64,000 bases of DNA. Origin: an uncultured Smithella sp. Its GTDB lineage: Bacteria; Desulfobacterota; Syntrophia; Syntrophales; Smithellaceae. The translations under genes were made by a program, and so were the position numbers. This document shows positions 53,918 through 63,664 of the stretch, piece by piece; the first letter of the stretch is position 1, and the number at the start of each line of letters is the position of its first letter. The notes below the pieces were generated by a model. It saw nothing but the letters and a program-made list of their open reading frames with translations. It was not told the DNA's origin and did not search any database. The stretch spans positions 34,230-98,229 of the forward strand of contig CAYXZW010000002.1 in assembly GCA_964469905.1 (NCBI GenBank), written 5' to 3'.

Positions 53918-55125
53918 TAGTTTACCTTATCCGCAACTTCAGAAAGCGCCAACAGCATCCATGCCTGAGACCATCTCAAATAGGGCGTTTTAATGGTCAA
54001 ATTCTTTTTTTTCATGTAATAGAAGTAGCCTTCTGCATCCTGCATTTCGTCAATCGTCCAAATAAGAAGATTATCCAGAATCTTTCCCGCCCGCGAATCT
54101 AATTCTTTCAGCTCGTTCAGACAGAGGATGCCTTCCGAGCAGGCATGAATGTCCACCGGATAGGTCTGCTCATTTGAAAACTTCGGAATGGTTTCCTCGT
54201 GAAAAAGATGATTCAAATAATACGCAAAGCCTTTCCTTATGGCCTGCATAACTTCCGGGTCTCCGGTATGCCCATAGATGGCATGGAGCATCCGGAGAAC
54301 AAAGCCCGTATGGTAATGGTCCACAATGTTCGGATAGGTATCGGGCTCTCCGAAGTAGGGCCAGGCGCCATCTTGATGCTGACCATCAAGACTGTAGCGG
54401 AGGGAAGCCATGCCCGTTTGCTGAAAGTCAGATCTGTTTAATTCCTTCCCCACCCGTATCAGGAATTCCGCAGTAAAGAGGTTTGCATTATGCACATGCA
54501 TTCTGTCTAGTGGCGTATAGCTAAAGCAGAGACTGTTTTCCGATATCCTGTCCTGATTCAGATCATTTAAAAAAAAATGACAGATTGATTCGCAGATGTC
54601 CAAATATTTTTTATCGCCAAGCACACGATAAGCCCGCCAGAATGCATCCCCGACCGTGAACGAAACGACGGATGATGGTGTTCCCTTCGGGAAGAATACG
54701 TGCGACTGCCAGTCGAAAGGGTATCCCCAGCAGAGTCCGGAGTATCCCGGTGAATAATTATGTTCAAGCCATTCCAGGCACTCTCTCGATTTTTCGAGGC
54801 ACTCCCGTTTCCCTGTTTTTTCGAACAGATTGAGGTAAGCCTTCGCAAAAAGCCCCATCCCTTTTGCATTCACCTGCGGGCGACAGTTCAGCAGTTTGAT
54901 CCAGAAACCAGGCACAAGTCCCATACTTGCAAAAAAGGGATAACGAAAAATCCTGAACGGGAGGATCTTCGGCAACCTTTGTAGTTGCAGGAAAAGTGGT
55001 TTTTCCAGAACGGAAAAGGGATCATATCCGGCCCATCCGTTTCTGGTGATCCACCCGTCCAAGCATGATATTGAATGTGTGACCTTCATGCTTGCCGCGT
55101 CCCCCAACACAATTCGGTTTCCCAA
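53917..55125 (-). CDS. Hypothetical protein, probable alpha/alpha-toroid fold; function unknown
   Basis: 402 aa (listed TTG start; alternative ATG at 55089). Repeated helix-pair pattern with QW-like motifs (LDGQHQDGAWPYFGE, MQDAEGYFYY) and WGYPFDWQS. No signal peptide or TM. Confidence 0.4.
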   Translation of the reverse strand: MGNRIVLGDAASMKVTHSISCLDGWITRNGWAGYDPFSVLEKPLFLQLQRLPKILPFRIFRYPFFASMGLVPGFWIKLLNCRPQVNAKGMGLFAKAYLNLFEKTGKRECLEKSRECLEWLEHNYSPGYSGLCWGYPFDWQSHVFFPKGTPSSVVSFTVGDAFWRAYRVLGDKKYLDICESICHFFLNDLNQDRISENSLCFSYTPLDRMHVHNANLFTAEFLIRVGKELNRSDFQQTGMASLRYSLDGQHQDGAWPYFGEPDTYPNIVDHYHTGFVLRMLHAIYGHTGDPEVMQAIRKGFAYYLNHLFHEETIPKFSNEQTYPVDIHACSEGILCLNELKELDSRAGKILDNLLIWTIDEMQDAEGYFYYMKKKNLTIKTPYLRWSQAWMLLALSEVADKVN

Positions 55126-55183
55126 ACGTCAGGGAATGGATCGGCTGTGAAGGGGAAGCCTTCGAAAATGCGGTTTGACAGCC

Positions 55184-56395
55184 TCAATTGTTTCGCCGAT
55201 GTGAAACCTGCAACAGATTCCGAAATACTTTGATGGTTTCCTCGGCAGACTTCACAGCATTGAATTTTCCAGAAGCCGTCATGGAGGCCTTAGCTCCCAT
55301 CTTCCTTCTCAGTGACGAATCACGGATTAAGGTTTCCAGTGCAATCTTGAGGTCTTCCGGCGCCCCCGGTCGGAAAAGCAGACCGTTCTGCATGTGAGAA
55401 ATGACTTCCGGCCCACCGCCGATATCGGCAACAACAGCCGGACGGGAACAAGCCATGGCCTCTTTGATGCTCTGTCCCATGCACTCCGTCATCGTCTGAG
55501 GGGAGGCAACCAGAATATCCGTTGCGGCATAGAAACTGGGGAGATCTGATTCCGGGACAAAGCCCATCAGCCTGATATTTTCATTCCCCATGGTGCGTAC
55601 CTGATTCTGAAGATGTTCGTAGTCGTCGCCGATTCCTCCAATCAGAAAGCAGACATCCTGCCGATTACCGAGAAGTCGCACAGCATCGAGAAATACATCT
55701 ATCTTCTGGCGGAGCGCAAGTCCCAGAATAGAGACCACGACAGATTGCAGTGGAATGCCATTCTTCTCCCGGTATGAGATTCCATCGAGATCGGGTCGGA
55801 ATTTATCCAGATCGATACCCGCATAAACAACACTATAATGGTCGGGATCAGCACCCAATTGCATGCCACCCCTCTTGCAGTGTTCGCTGGTTGATATCAC
55901 CCAGGATGCATTCTTCAGAACGAACTGTGCCATTCTCTTGAAGCGCCGGTCTGTTTTGGTGACAAGCCATGTCTGTCCATAGGAGACGATGACGCAGGGA
56001 ATGCCGTGAATGCGCGACTGCAAGATAGCCGAAAGGCCAGTAATATCGGTGTGGTGAGCATAGAGCAGATCGAGTTGATAATCCTGAATGACTTTTGCTA
56101 GTACGCAATTATATTTATAAAATTGAATAAAAGCACTCGGCCTGGATAGAGGAAATTTCACAAAAAAGGTGAGGAACTTATAAATCGGCAATGGCATGCT
56201 TCCAGAACAGTTCCTGTAATCAATAAACGTAGTTCCCATGGGAGGATTGGGATTCTCAGGCAATCTGATCGGTATCAGGAAAGATTCAATATCATCATGA
56301 TTCCAGTTCCGCAGATGATTTTCAATCAATCTGGTAACTCCGCCGTGAGGCGGCGGGCATGGACCGATAATTCCTATTTTGATTTTGTGTTTCAT
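55184..56395 (-). CDS. GT4 glycosyltransferase
   Basis: 403 aa; N-terminus IGIIGPCPPPHGGVTR, donor domain ECMGQSIKEAMACSRPAVVADIGGGPEVI (E-x7-E region). Confidence 0.75.
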   Translation of the reverse strand: MKHKIKIGIIGPCPPPHGGVTRLIENHLRNWNHDDIESFLIPIRLPENPNPPMGTTFIDYRNCSGSMPLPIYKFLTFFVKFPLSRPSAFIQFYKYNCVLAKVIQDYQLDLLYAHHTDITGLSAILQSRIHGIPCVIVSYGQTWLVTKTDRRFKRMAQFVLKNASWVISTSEHCKRGGMQLGADPDHYSVVYAGIDLDKFRPDLDGISYREKNGIPLQSVVVSILGLALRQKIDVFLDAVRLLGNRQDVCFLIGGIGDDYEHLQNQVRTMGNENIRLMGFVPESDLPSFYAATDILVASPQTMTECMGQSIKEAMACSRPAVVADIGGGPEVISHMQNGLLFRPGAPEDLKIALETLIRDSSLRRKMGAKASMTASGKFNAVKSAEETIKVFRNLLQVSHRRNN

Positions 56396-56447
56396 TTTAA
56401 GTGACTTATTAAAAGAATTATTTGATTATATTTTGTTAAATTATAGA

Positions 56448-58025
56448 TTACCATGTGTCAAAAGTCATATGAATCCATCTTAAAATCTTCATCTCCGCAG
56501 TATAACGGAAATCCCTTTCAACCCACTTACGATAGGCCCGATGACCAGCCACACTTCTTACAAACTCCGGCATTTTAAGGAGAAGCAGACGAAAGAAAGT
56601 TTTCAGATTGTGATTTCGAAAGCCCCTGTTAACGCGACCAACAACATTCAATTGCCTATTCTCGCGGCCATATTTAGAACACAAACTGGCGGCTGCCATA
56701 TATTTCGCATCGGGGTGCCAGAGTGTGTGCGAAAGATCACCGATTCTGAAATCGCCCCAGGCTTTCAATGTAAGGGGAGGTTGGAATCCCGCCTTAACCA
56801 CTTCGTAATGCATGGGGGTCGCGGGGCAAGGTGCATAGAGGAAAATCCGGCCGATAAGCATTTTTTCCTGGTATTTTTCATTCAGGTAATCAATGAGGTC
56901 TATTGTCTTTTGCAGATCCTCTCTCGTTTCGCCGGGGAAACCCGTCATGAAATTTGTCCAGAATAATAGTCCGGCCCCGCAAATCTGTTCCGCTGCGTTA
57001 TGGATATCTTCAAGTGTGCAATCCTTCTTTATATAATCAAGAACTTCTTGCGATCCTGATTCTGCCCCCACATAAACTTCCGTCAGTCCCGCTTTTTTTG
57101 CCTTTTCCCAGAAGGCCTGGTCCGTCCTTCGGACATACTGGGCACGACAGGATGTGTGCCACTTGAGATCGAGATTCATTTCGATCAGCCCGTCCATGAT
57201 CGCCTGCGCCCGCTTGAGATCCGCGAAAAAGCAGTCATCAACAAAATGGATTTTATTCGGGTTGAACTTTTCTTTGAGAAATTTCATGTCTTTTAGTACT
57301 TGCTCAACACTTTTCTTGCGGAATTTTCTTCTGTGGACAATCAAAACATCACAGAAAGCGCAGCGATGTGGACAGCCTCGTTCCGATTGGTAGAGCAAAG
57401 TGTTTTTGATGTCGTAGTAATCCGTAGATATCAGATCATATGCAATAGGCAACTGTTCATCAAAATTCATGAAAGGACGATCGGGGTTATTAAGGATTTG
57501 TCCGTTCTTTTTCCAGGATATCCCTTGAATAGTTGACAGATCGGAGTTATCAGCCAGGGCATGTGCCAACTCAACACATGTTAGCTCTCCTTCGCCGCGA
57601 ACAATTATATCAACATACTCCGATGTCCGAAGTGATTGTTCCGGGGTCAGCGTCACGTGCACGCCACCCCACACAATAGGGAGATCAGGTCTGGTCTTCC
57701 GAACGATCTCCGCACAGTATAAACCGAATCGGATCATGCTGCCGGTCAGTGCCGTAATGCCTGCAAACACAGTGCGATCGTCGATTTCTTCGCGAATCCT
57801 TGTGCGGGCATCCTCAACTCGGCCATCGATGATCACCACTTCGAATCCCTCGCGGCGCAAGTAGGGGGCAATCGCAAGCAGGGAAAGAGGAAGTGTCATT
57901 CCCCTGCCAAACAGGTGGCCCAGGAAGTTTTGAACAAAATCAGCTTGTGCGAGGAAATCCGGGATCGATCCCCTTAGGTAGAAACCAATTTCACCGGGCA
58001 TAATTAGAACAATTTTATTTTTCAT
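56448..58025 (-). CDS. Class B (cobalamin-binding domain) radical SAM enzyme
   Basis: N-terminal B12-binding-like Rossmann (VVIIDGR...FAGITALTG...PIVWGGVHVT), cluster motif CPHRCAFC, GAESGSQEVL. ATG at 58025 is preferred over the listed TTG at 58049. Confidence 0.8.
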   Translation of the reverse strand: MKNKIVLIMPGEIGFYLRGSIPDFLAQADFVQNFLGHLFGRGMTLPLSLLAIAPYLRREGFEVVIIDGRVEDARTRIREEIDDRTVFAGITALTGSMIRFGLYCAEIVRKTRPDLPIVWGGVHVTLTPEQSLRTSEYVDIIVRGEGELTCVELAHALADNSDLSTIQGISWKKNGQILNNPDRPFMNFDEQLPIAYDLISTDYYDIKNTLLYQSERGCPHRCAFCDVLIVHRRKFRKKSVEQVLKDMKFLKEKFNPNKIHFVDDCFFADLKRAQAIMDGLIEMNLDLKWHTSCRAQYVRRTDQAFWEKAKKAGLTEVYVGAESGSQEVLDYIKKDCTLEDIHNAAEQICGAGLLFWTNFMTGFPGETREDLQKTIDLIDYLNEKYQEKMLIGRIFLYAPCPATPMHYEVVKAGFQPPLTLKAWGDFRIGDLSHTLWHPDAKYMAAASLCSKYGRENRQLNVVGRVNRGFRNHNLKTFFRLLLLKMPEFVRSVAGHRAYRKWVERDFRYTAEMKILRWIHMTFDTW

Positions 58026-58032
58026 CCTCACC

Positions 58033-59193
58033 TTAGCTGGCTCGATCAAATATTTCTTTTATTGATGCGATAATATATTCAACGGCTTCCTCCGCCAGAG
58101 AGGGATACAGGGGAAGGTTAATCCCCGATAAACCGAAACGGACGCAGTTTTCCAAATTCCCTACCTTTCGGACCTGCTGATAGGGGGGCATTAAATGAAC
58201 GGGGTAAAAAGTTGGCCTGACCTCGATGTTGTATTCCTTCAATTTAGAAATTAGGGCATCTCTATTCAAGAAGGAATCATTTTGTAGAAATGCGCAAAAA
58301 AGCCAGTCAATTTTCTTTCCATACGGACTTATTGAATAAGTTCGTAACCCATTAATACTATCAATTCCTTCATGATATAATTCGGCAAGTTCAGCACGGC
58401 GACTAAGGAATTCATTAATTTTCTCTAATTGTGCTACGCCTATTGCCGCATTAAGATTCGTAAGCCTGAAGTTAAAACCGATTTCATCATGCCAGTAGCG
58501 CCTTGCTTTGCTCATGCCGTGATCGCGGAGCTTTCTCATTCTTTTATCCAGCGTGCTGTCATTCGTGACGCAGAGACCTCCCTCGCCGGTTGTCATGACC
58601 TTGTTCCCGTAGAAGCTAAAACAGCCGATGTGCCCTATGGATCCGACCATTTTCCCCGCACATTCCGCGCCGTGGGCTTCGGCTGCATCTTCTATAACGA
58701 AGATATTGTGCTTCTCCGCAAGCCCCATGATGGATTTCATGTCGCACGGATGTCCATAAAGGTGAACCGGCATGATGGCTTTTGTTCTTGGAGTAATGGC
58801 CTTTTCGATTTCAGCCGGATCCATGTTCCAGTGATCAGGCAAGCAATCAACCAAGACGGGAGAGGCGCCTGCATGAAATATTGCATTCACTGACGCCGCA
58901 AATGTCAGAGACGGAACCACCACTTCATCACCCGGTCCTACATCAAGAGCTTTGAGCGCAAGTAGAAGTGCACATGTTCCATTGGATACACTCACTGCAT
59001 GCCGTATTACGAGATAGGATGCAAAATTCTCTTCAAACTGATTGATGTATTTACCGAGCGAGGATATCCACGTCGATCGAACAGCATCCAGAACATATTT
59101 CTCCTCATTGCCCTCAAAAACAATATTGGATATAGGGATCAGAGACATCCGTTTTTTTACCTGCGACCTTTTTTCTTTTGTAACAACATCCAT
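58033..59193 (-). CDS. DegT/DnrJ/EryC1/StrS-family PLP-dependent sugar aminotransferase
   Basis: 386 aa; VSNGTCALLLAL, VVPSLTFAASV, VIEDAAEAHG, PLP-lysine region FSFYGNKVMTTGEGG; the start could be the internal ATG at 59148. Confidence 0.85.
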   Translation of the reverse strand: MDVVTKEKRSQVKKRMSLIPISNIVFEGNEEKYVLDAVRSTWISSLGKYINQFEENFASYLVIRHAVSVSNGTCALLLALKALDVGPGDEVVVPSLTFAASVNAIFHAGASPVLVDCLPDHWNMDPAEIEKAITPRTKAIMPVHLYGHPCDMKSIMGLAEKHNIFVIEDAAEAHGAECAGKMVGSIGHIGCFSFYGNKVMTTGEGGLCVTNDSTLDKRMRKLRDHGMSKARRYWHDEIGFNFRLTNLNAAIGVAQLEKINEFLSRRAELAELYHEGIDSINGLRTYSISPYGKKIDWLFCAFLQNDSFLNRDALISKLKEYNIEVRPTFYPVHLMPPYQQVRKVGNLENCVRFGLSGINLPLYPSLAEEAVEYIIASIKEIFDRAS

Positions 59194-59195
59194 AG

Positions 59196-60587
59196 TTAAG
59201 CACCGAACATTTTTTCTTTTATAATGACAAAATTCTGAAGAACACCTGTTTTAATCCGCGCCAACTGGTTTATGATGAATACTTTAACAGTCAGAACGTC
59301 TTCTCCTTGAATCATCAAATCACCTTTAAGGGTACAATTCGAAATATGAAGAAAGACGGCAATCTGTATAAGGGCAAGACAAAACATAGCAACAAGAAAA
59401 GAAACGGCCGCACCTGCAATGCCAAAAGGAGGAATCATGAGCATTGCGACAACAACTTGAACGAGGAATGGTATAATTGGAATTTTAACCGACAGATCAA
59501 CCCGTCCTACACCTGCAAAATACTGGCTCAGGACACTTGCAGCGCTGGAGATGATTAATCCCGGCAGAAGTAACCAGAAGGGAACGACCATCGGAAGGTA
59601 ATCACGGCCATACAGGATGTAGACGATAGGTTTGATCGCTACGAATGCCAACGCACCGAGTAATAAGAGTATCAATAATGCCACCCGAAAGGCACGGGCA
59701 ATAAGTTTGGCTGAGACCCCATCATTATCTGTTTTTGAAACTCTTGGAAAAAGAATGGTGTTCATGGCGTCAGGGATCTTATTCATCAGGACTCCTTTGT
59801 TAAGCGCCATGTTAAAAAATGCAACTTTTGCAGGGACAAGATAAAAGACAACAATAAGATTTGTTACATAAGAATTCAGAGAACTTATTAAGGTAGCGGC
59901 ATATATTTTGGAACCATAAGAAAATAAGTCTTTGACGAGAGGAAGATTGAATAAAGGTCCATTCCTCTTGACCCGTCCGAACGTTATGACACCATAAAGA
60001 AGACCCAGCAGCATCGATAAAAGAGAAGGGATAATAACGGCCAGCAGCCCCCATCTGAAAATAACAAGGAGCACAATGCTCAGCCCTGATGACACGAGGG
60101 CTTTGATGACAACCATTCTGTTATAATTCTTTACGTCTTCACGATAAAGGAGAAGATAGCTGTAATTCAGATACAGAAATTGAAGGGGAATCTGCAACAG
60201 CATGAAATATATAAACAGATGTACGTCCGCAGAGCTATTGCCAAAAAGAAGTCGATAACACCAGTCCAGATTAGCAAGGAAAAGACCGATGATCACGCCG
60301 CTTGTCAGGATAGCGATAAAGTTCAAGGTGAAAACGACATCACCGACATGATACTTTTTTTTCCCAAGAAAATAGACAGCCGCAATATCGAACTTTACTC
60401 TTCCAAAACCCTCTGCATACGCCGGTATCATCTGGAGGATGATCCACAAACCCAATACTGCCGGGCCCATCATACGGGCAATGATGACACCGGTTACAAG
60501 GTTTGTAAAAAAGAGAAATATGTCTCTTTTAAACAATGAAAAAGATTTCTCGGATAAGCTTTGCTGCTGTATTATTTCTTCTGTCAT
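59196..60587 (-). CDS. wzx: Wzx-type oligosaccharide flippase (MOP superfamily)
   Basis: 463 aa; ~12 TMs; N-terminal pattern KRDIFLFFTNLVTGVIIARMMGPAVLG typical of polysaccharide biosynthesis/flippase proteins. Confidence 0.75.
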   Translation of the reverse strand: MTEEIIQQQSLSEKSFSLFKRDIFLFFTNLVTGVIIARMMGPAVLGLWIILQMIPAYAEGFGRVKFDIAAVYFLGKKKYHVGDVVFTLNFIAILTSGVIIGLFLANLDWCYRLLFGNSSADVHLFIYFMLLQIPLQFLYLNYSYLLLYREDVKNYNRMVVIKALVSSGLSIVLLVIFRWGLLAVIIPSLLSMLLGLLYGVITFGRVKRNGPLFNLPLVKDLFSYGSKIYAATLISSLNSYVTNLIVVFYLVPAKVAFFNMALNKGVLMNKIPDAMNTILFPRVSKTDNDGVSAKLIARAFRVALLILLLLGALAFVAIKPIVYILYGRDYLPMVVPFWLLLPGLIISSAASVLSQYFAGVGRVDLSVKIPIIPFLVQVVVAMLMIPPFGIAGAAVSFLVAMFCLALIQIAVFLHISNCTLKGDLMIQGEDVLTVKVFIINQLARIKTGVLQNFVIIKEKMFGA

Positions 60588-60599
60588 TGGAAGGAGCGT

Positions 60600-62252
60600 C
60601 TACCAACCTTCGATAACTGTATTTTCAGGATTTAAAATACAATTACAGACATGATCCAGATATTTATTTTTACCCGGAGCGAGATCATCCAGTGAATTAA
60701 AGGAGAATCCATCGAACCGGCTATCATCATAAGCCTGCTTGGTCAAATTCCAGGGGATTGAAGTCTTCAAAAAATAAAAATACGCAAACAGTTCGATCAT
60801 CTCTTTATCAGCGTTCATGGGTTCGGCTTCACCCAGCAGAATTTTCCTGTATTCCATGATCGTTTGAGGCTCATAAGCGAGTCCCATGCCGCTGTATGGA
60901 GGCTGTGCCGCAACCAGAACGGGAATGCCCTGCAAAAGCATCTCCAAGCCGAGTGTGCCATAAAAAACCACGCCCAAATCTATATATTGAAAAAGATCGT
61001 AGGGCTTTATTTTTAACTCCGGCCTTATGATGGTTACATTTTCAGGCATCTTCGGATATTTCTCGCGGATAATGTCTTCTATCCCTTTCAAAGAAGAAAA
61101 CGAATCGTACTTTTCTCCCGGATGAGGTTTAATGTATAAGTGAATATTATCCTTATCCTTTATCATTTCAATAGTCTCAATTACCCATTCCGCAATGCCG
61201 GGAAATAAAACACCCAGTTCACCGATATCCCACAAAACGTTTGAAAACAGGAAGATATTCCTCTTATTCTCGTCAATGCTAATGATATCTCTGATATTCT
61301 CATTTCTCCCGAAATACCCAAATCCCTTAAACATGTCCGTTTCACCCTTGAATCTTGCATCGACAAGTTCTTTCAAGGTTTTTCGTTCTTTGTCATCAAG
61401 CTTATTATTGCCGCGGAACTGCACGTAACGAGAAAATCTGGATTGATCTTCATAAAGATCCATCATGTTGACCATGATACCGTAATAATCAACGGGCGTG
61501 ATGGAGATAGTTGTCAGCTGGACGCCATTTTTTTTAAAGAACCTGTAATACGGCTCAGCCACACTGTAGACATACATACTGTTCATTACGATATCAGGTT
61601 GATAAGTTTCATACAGTCGCTCAGCGATTTCTATGCCCATCATGGAGGTTGTCAAATGATTCTTTCTCACCTCCGCGAGGAGTGCTTCATCTGAAGTCAC
61701 AGATCCAAAAAAGAAGCGCTCAACAGAGGCATTCGTCATCGGAATTATATCGATGTCCTTGTATCTGTGTTGTGAGGGGTAGTTTTGAGAGATCGAAGCG
61801 GCTTTTCCTCTCAGTTCTTCCCTTTCGTCTGGCGATATAAAATCAGCCGGCTCGACGAGATTAAGACCAAATGACGGCAATACATGCTTAAGGTTAAAGC
61901 GGCAATTAAGACAAGGATCTTTCATCTTATAACTTCGTACATTCTTTGTTTCGCATCCATCCAGGTAAGAGTTGCATACGATAATCTTGATTTCGCCTCC
62001 CCTCATCTCCAGGGCTTTACACAGAACAAACATTTGATACATCTGGTAATGCTGCGTTTCATTTTGAATTAACAAGATTTTTTTTAATTTCGCCGTTGCT
62101 TTCCCGTTGGATTGAGGGCTGGCAAACTGGAGTTGTTTCTGTAATTTTCCTTTTAATTTAAAGTTATATTTCAACCATAACCTAAGCCACATGAGGGAAG
62201 GAAAGCGTAATAATATCGAAATCAAGAAAGTTTTAACAGATTTAATCATCAA
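60600..62252 (-). CDS. Hypothetical GT-B-like protein with a Cys4 motif; weak resemblance to capsule-synthesis (KpsS/KpsC-type) transferases
   Basis: 550 aa. N-terminal amphipathic/hydrophobic segment. Rossmann-like KILLIQ...IKIIVC followed by CNSYLDGC...CLNC. C-terminal half has IFLFSNVLWD, HLYIKPHPGE, VVFYGTLGLEMLLQGIPVLV. Confidence 0.35.
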   Translation of the reverse strand: MMIKSVKTFLISILLRFPSLMWLRLWLKYNFKLKGKLQKQLQFASPQSNGKATAKLKKILLIQNETQHYQMYQMFVLCKALEMRGGEIKIIVCNSYLDGCETKNVRSYKMKDPCLNCRFNLKHVLPSFGLNLVEPADFISPDEREELRGKAASISQNYPSQHRYKDIDIIPMTNASVERFFFGSVTSDEALLAEVRKNHLTTSMMGIEIAERLYETYQPDIVMNSMYVYSVAEPYYRFFKKNGVQLTTISITPVDYYGIMVNMMDLYEDQSRFSRYVQFRGNNKLDDKERKTLKELVDARFKGETDMFKGFGYFGRNENIRDIISIDENKRNIFLFSNVLWDIGELGVLFPGIAEWVIETIEMIKDKDNIHLYIKPHPGEKYDSFSSLKGIEDIIREKYPKMPENVTIIRPELKIKPYDLFQYIDLGVVFYGTLGLEMLLQGIPVLVAAQPPYSGMGLAYEPQTIMEYRKILLGEAEPMNADKEMIELFAYFYFLKTSIPWNLTKQAYDDSRFDGFSFNSLDDLAPGKNKYLDHVCNCILNPENTVIEGW

Positions 62253-62263
62253 TTTTTGTCCTA

Positions 62264-63664
62264 CTAATTATCGGCAGGGTTTTTTGACATACGATAGGTA
62301 GTTGTTTTAATCACATCACTATCATTTAAAGGGATATGGAGATCGTTTTTCAATCTGATCAGTTCTGCCGTAACAGTATCGATCAGTTCTTGATCGGACA
62401 TTTGCGTAAGGTTTACATGCAAATCCTGACGATCCCCAATCCGGAGCAGATATTCTTCTTCATCTCGGATCAACCCTTTTTCTTGTGCCATACGGTAAAT
62501 GGGTGTCCCCGGAAGAGGAAGAACAAACCCGGCGGAAGGATAAACGCCTGCCTGCCTGCAGATATCAAAGGTCATTCGAATGGTTTCTTTAGTTTCCTGA
62601 GGATAGCCGAATACAACTGATGTCAACGGTGATAGACCGGCCCTTTGAGCCGTATTCATCTGCTCAACAAATTCTTCGGGCTTCATGTGCTTGTTCATAG
62701 CGGCAAGTATTTCCTGTGATCCAGACTCCAGTGCGCCGCCTATAGTAAGAGCCCCCAGATCTTTACAACGTCTGAGTAAATCCAAATCTTTTTTTTGAAA
62801 GAGATTGCCTCTGGGATTAACTGACCAAAAAAAAGATATACCTTCCTTTTCGATAGCATTACAAAGTTCTACCGCTCTCTTTTTCGTGTTCAGGGTTAGT
62901 TCATCCCAAAAGGCCAGATAATTGGCTTTGCATTCTTTCTGAAGACAATTCATTCTATTGATGACTGCCTGAAAAGGATAATACCGGTATTTATCTCCCT
63001 TGAAGGCATGGGTGCAGAAGGTGCAGTCAAAAGGGCATCCCCTTGCCGTATTCAACGGAACGACTCTCATCTCGGCTTTCGGCAACGGAAAAGGTTCCGC
63101 AACCAGCATATACGAAACATCGAGATACTTATCAAAATCAAACATGGAATAATCCGGGAACGGGACATCTTCGATATTTGGAATGGCCTTACGTTTTCCG
63201 GTCACTATCACATTTCCTTTATAACGAAATGCAATTCCGGGAAGATCAGCCAGGGACTTTCCGGTTCTCAGGCAATCCGCAATATCGACAATCGTCCGGT
63301 CACCTTCGCCGATAACTGCTATATCAACCTCCGGAACACATGAAAGGAGGATGTTCGGCACTGCCGCAACCGTATTCCCAACGACTAGAACTGATTCCGG
63401 CAATACGCGCTTTACCTGTTGACAGAGTCTTTTAGTAATTTTATACGAGGAAACTATGTTGCCCAGGCCAATGATGTCATATTTATTTTTTGACAGAATC
63501 TTATCTATTTCATCGTCTGTATAACGATAAAGGTCTATATCCAGAATGTCCGGTTTATATCCTGCTTTGTCTAAAGCAGTGGCTATGCAGGCGAGACCGA
63601 CAGGGATAATCTTCACCGGACTCTCGGGACGGAGACATGGATTTATCAATAATATTCTTGTCAT
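62264..63664 (-). CDS. Class B (cobalamin-binding domain) radical SAM enzyme
   Basis: 466 aa; B12-binding-like N-domain (ILLINP...IIGLGNIVSS...VVGNTVAA), cluster motif CPFDCTFC, GALESGSQEIL. Confidence 0.8.
   Translation of the reverse strand: MTRILLINPCLRPESPVKIIPVGLACIATALDKAGYKPDILDIDLYRYTDDEIDKILSKNKYDIIGLGNIVSSYKITKRLCQQVKRVLPESVLVVGNTVAAVPNILLSCVPEVDIAVIGEGDRTIVDIADCLRTGKSLADLPGIAFRYKGNVIVTGKRKAIPNIEDVPFPDYSMFDFDKYLDVSYMLVAEPFPLPKAEMRVVPLNTARGCPFDCTFCTHAFKGDKYRYYPFQAVINRMNCLQKECKANYLAFWDELTLNTKKRAVELCNAIEKEGISFFWSVNPRGNLFQKKDLDLLRRCKDLGALTIGGALESGSQEILAAMNKHMKPEEFVEQMNTAQRAGLSPLTSVVFGYPQETKETIRMTFDICRQAGVYPSAGFVLPLPGTPIYRMAQEKGLIRDEEEYLLRIGDRQDLHVNLTQMSDQELIDTVTAELIRLKNDLHIPLNDSDVIKTTTYRMSKNPADN

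Noticed and set aside
54566-54576. Homopolymer tracts as possible phase-variation switches: A9 here inside the 402-aa gene, and A8/T8 runs in several GT, MT and rSAM genes (e.g. near 54005, 62790, 62828, 27662, 38812)
   Set aside because: Equally long A8 runs occur in housekeeping genes of the same window (lolD near 2452, the LpxL-family gene near 14392, waaF near 15713, gmhB near 16005). The tracts reflect Lys/Phe codons in an AT-leaning genome rather than dedicated contingency loci.
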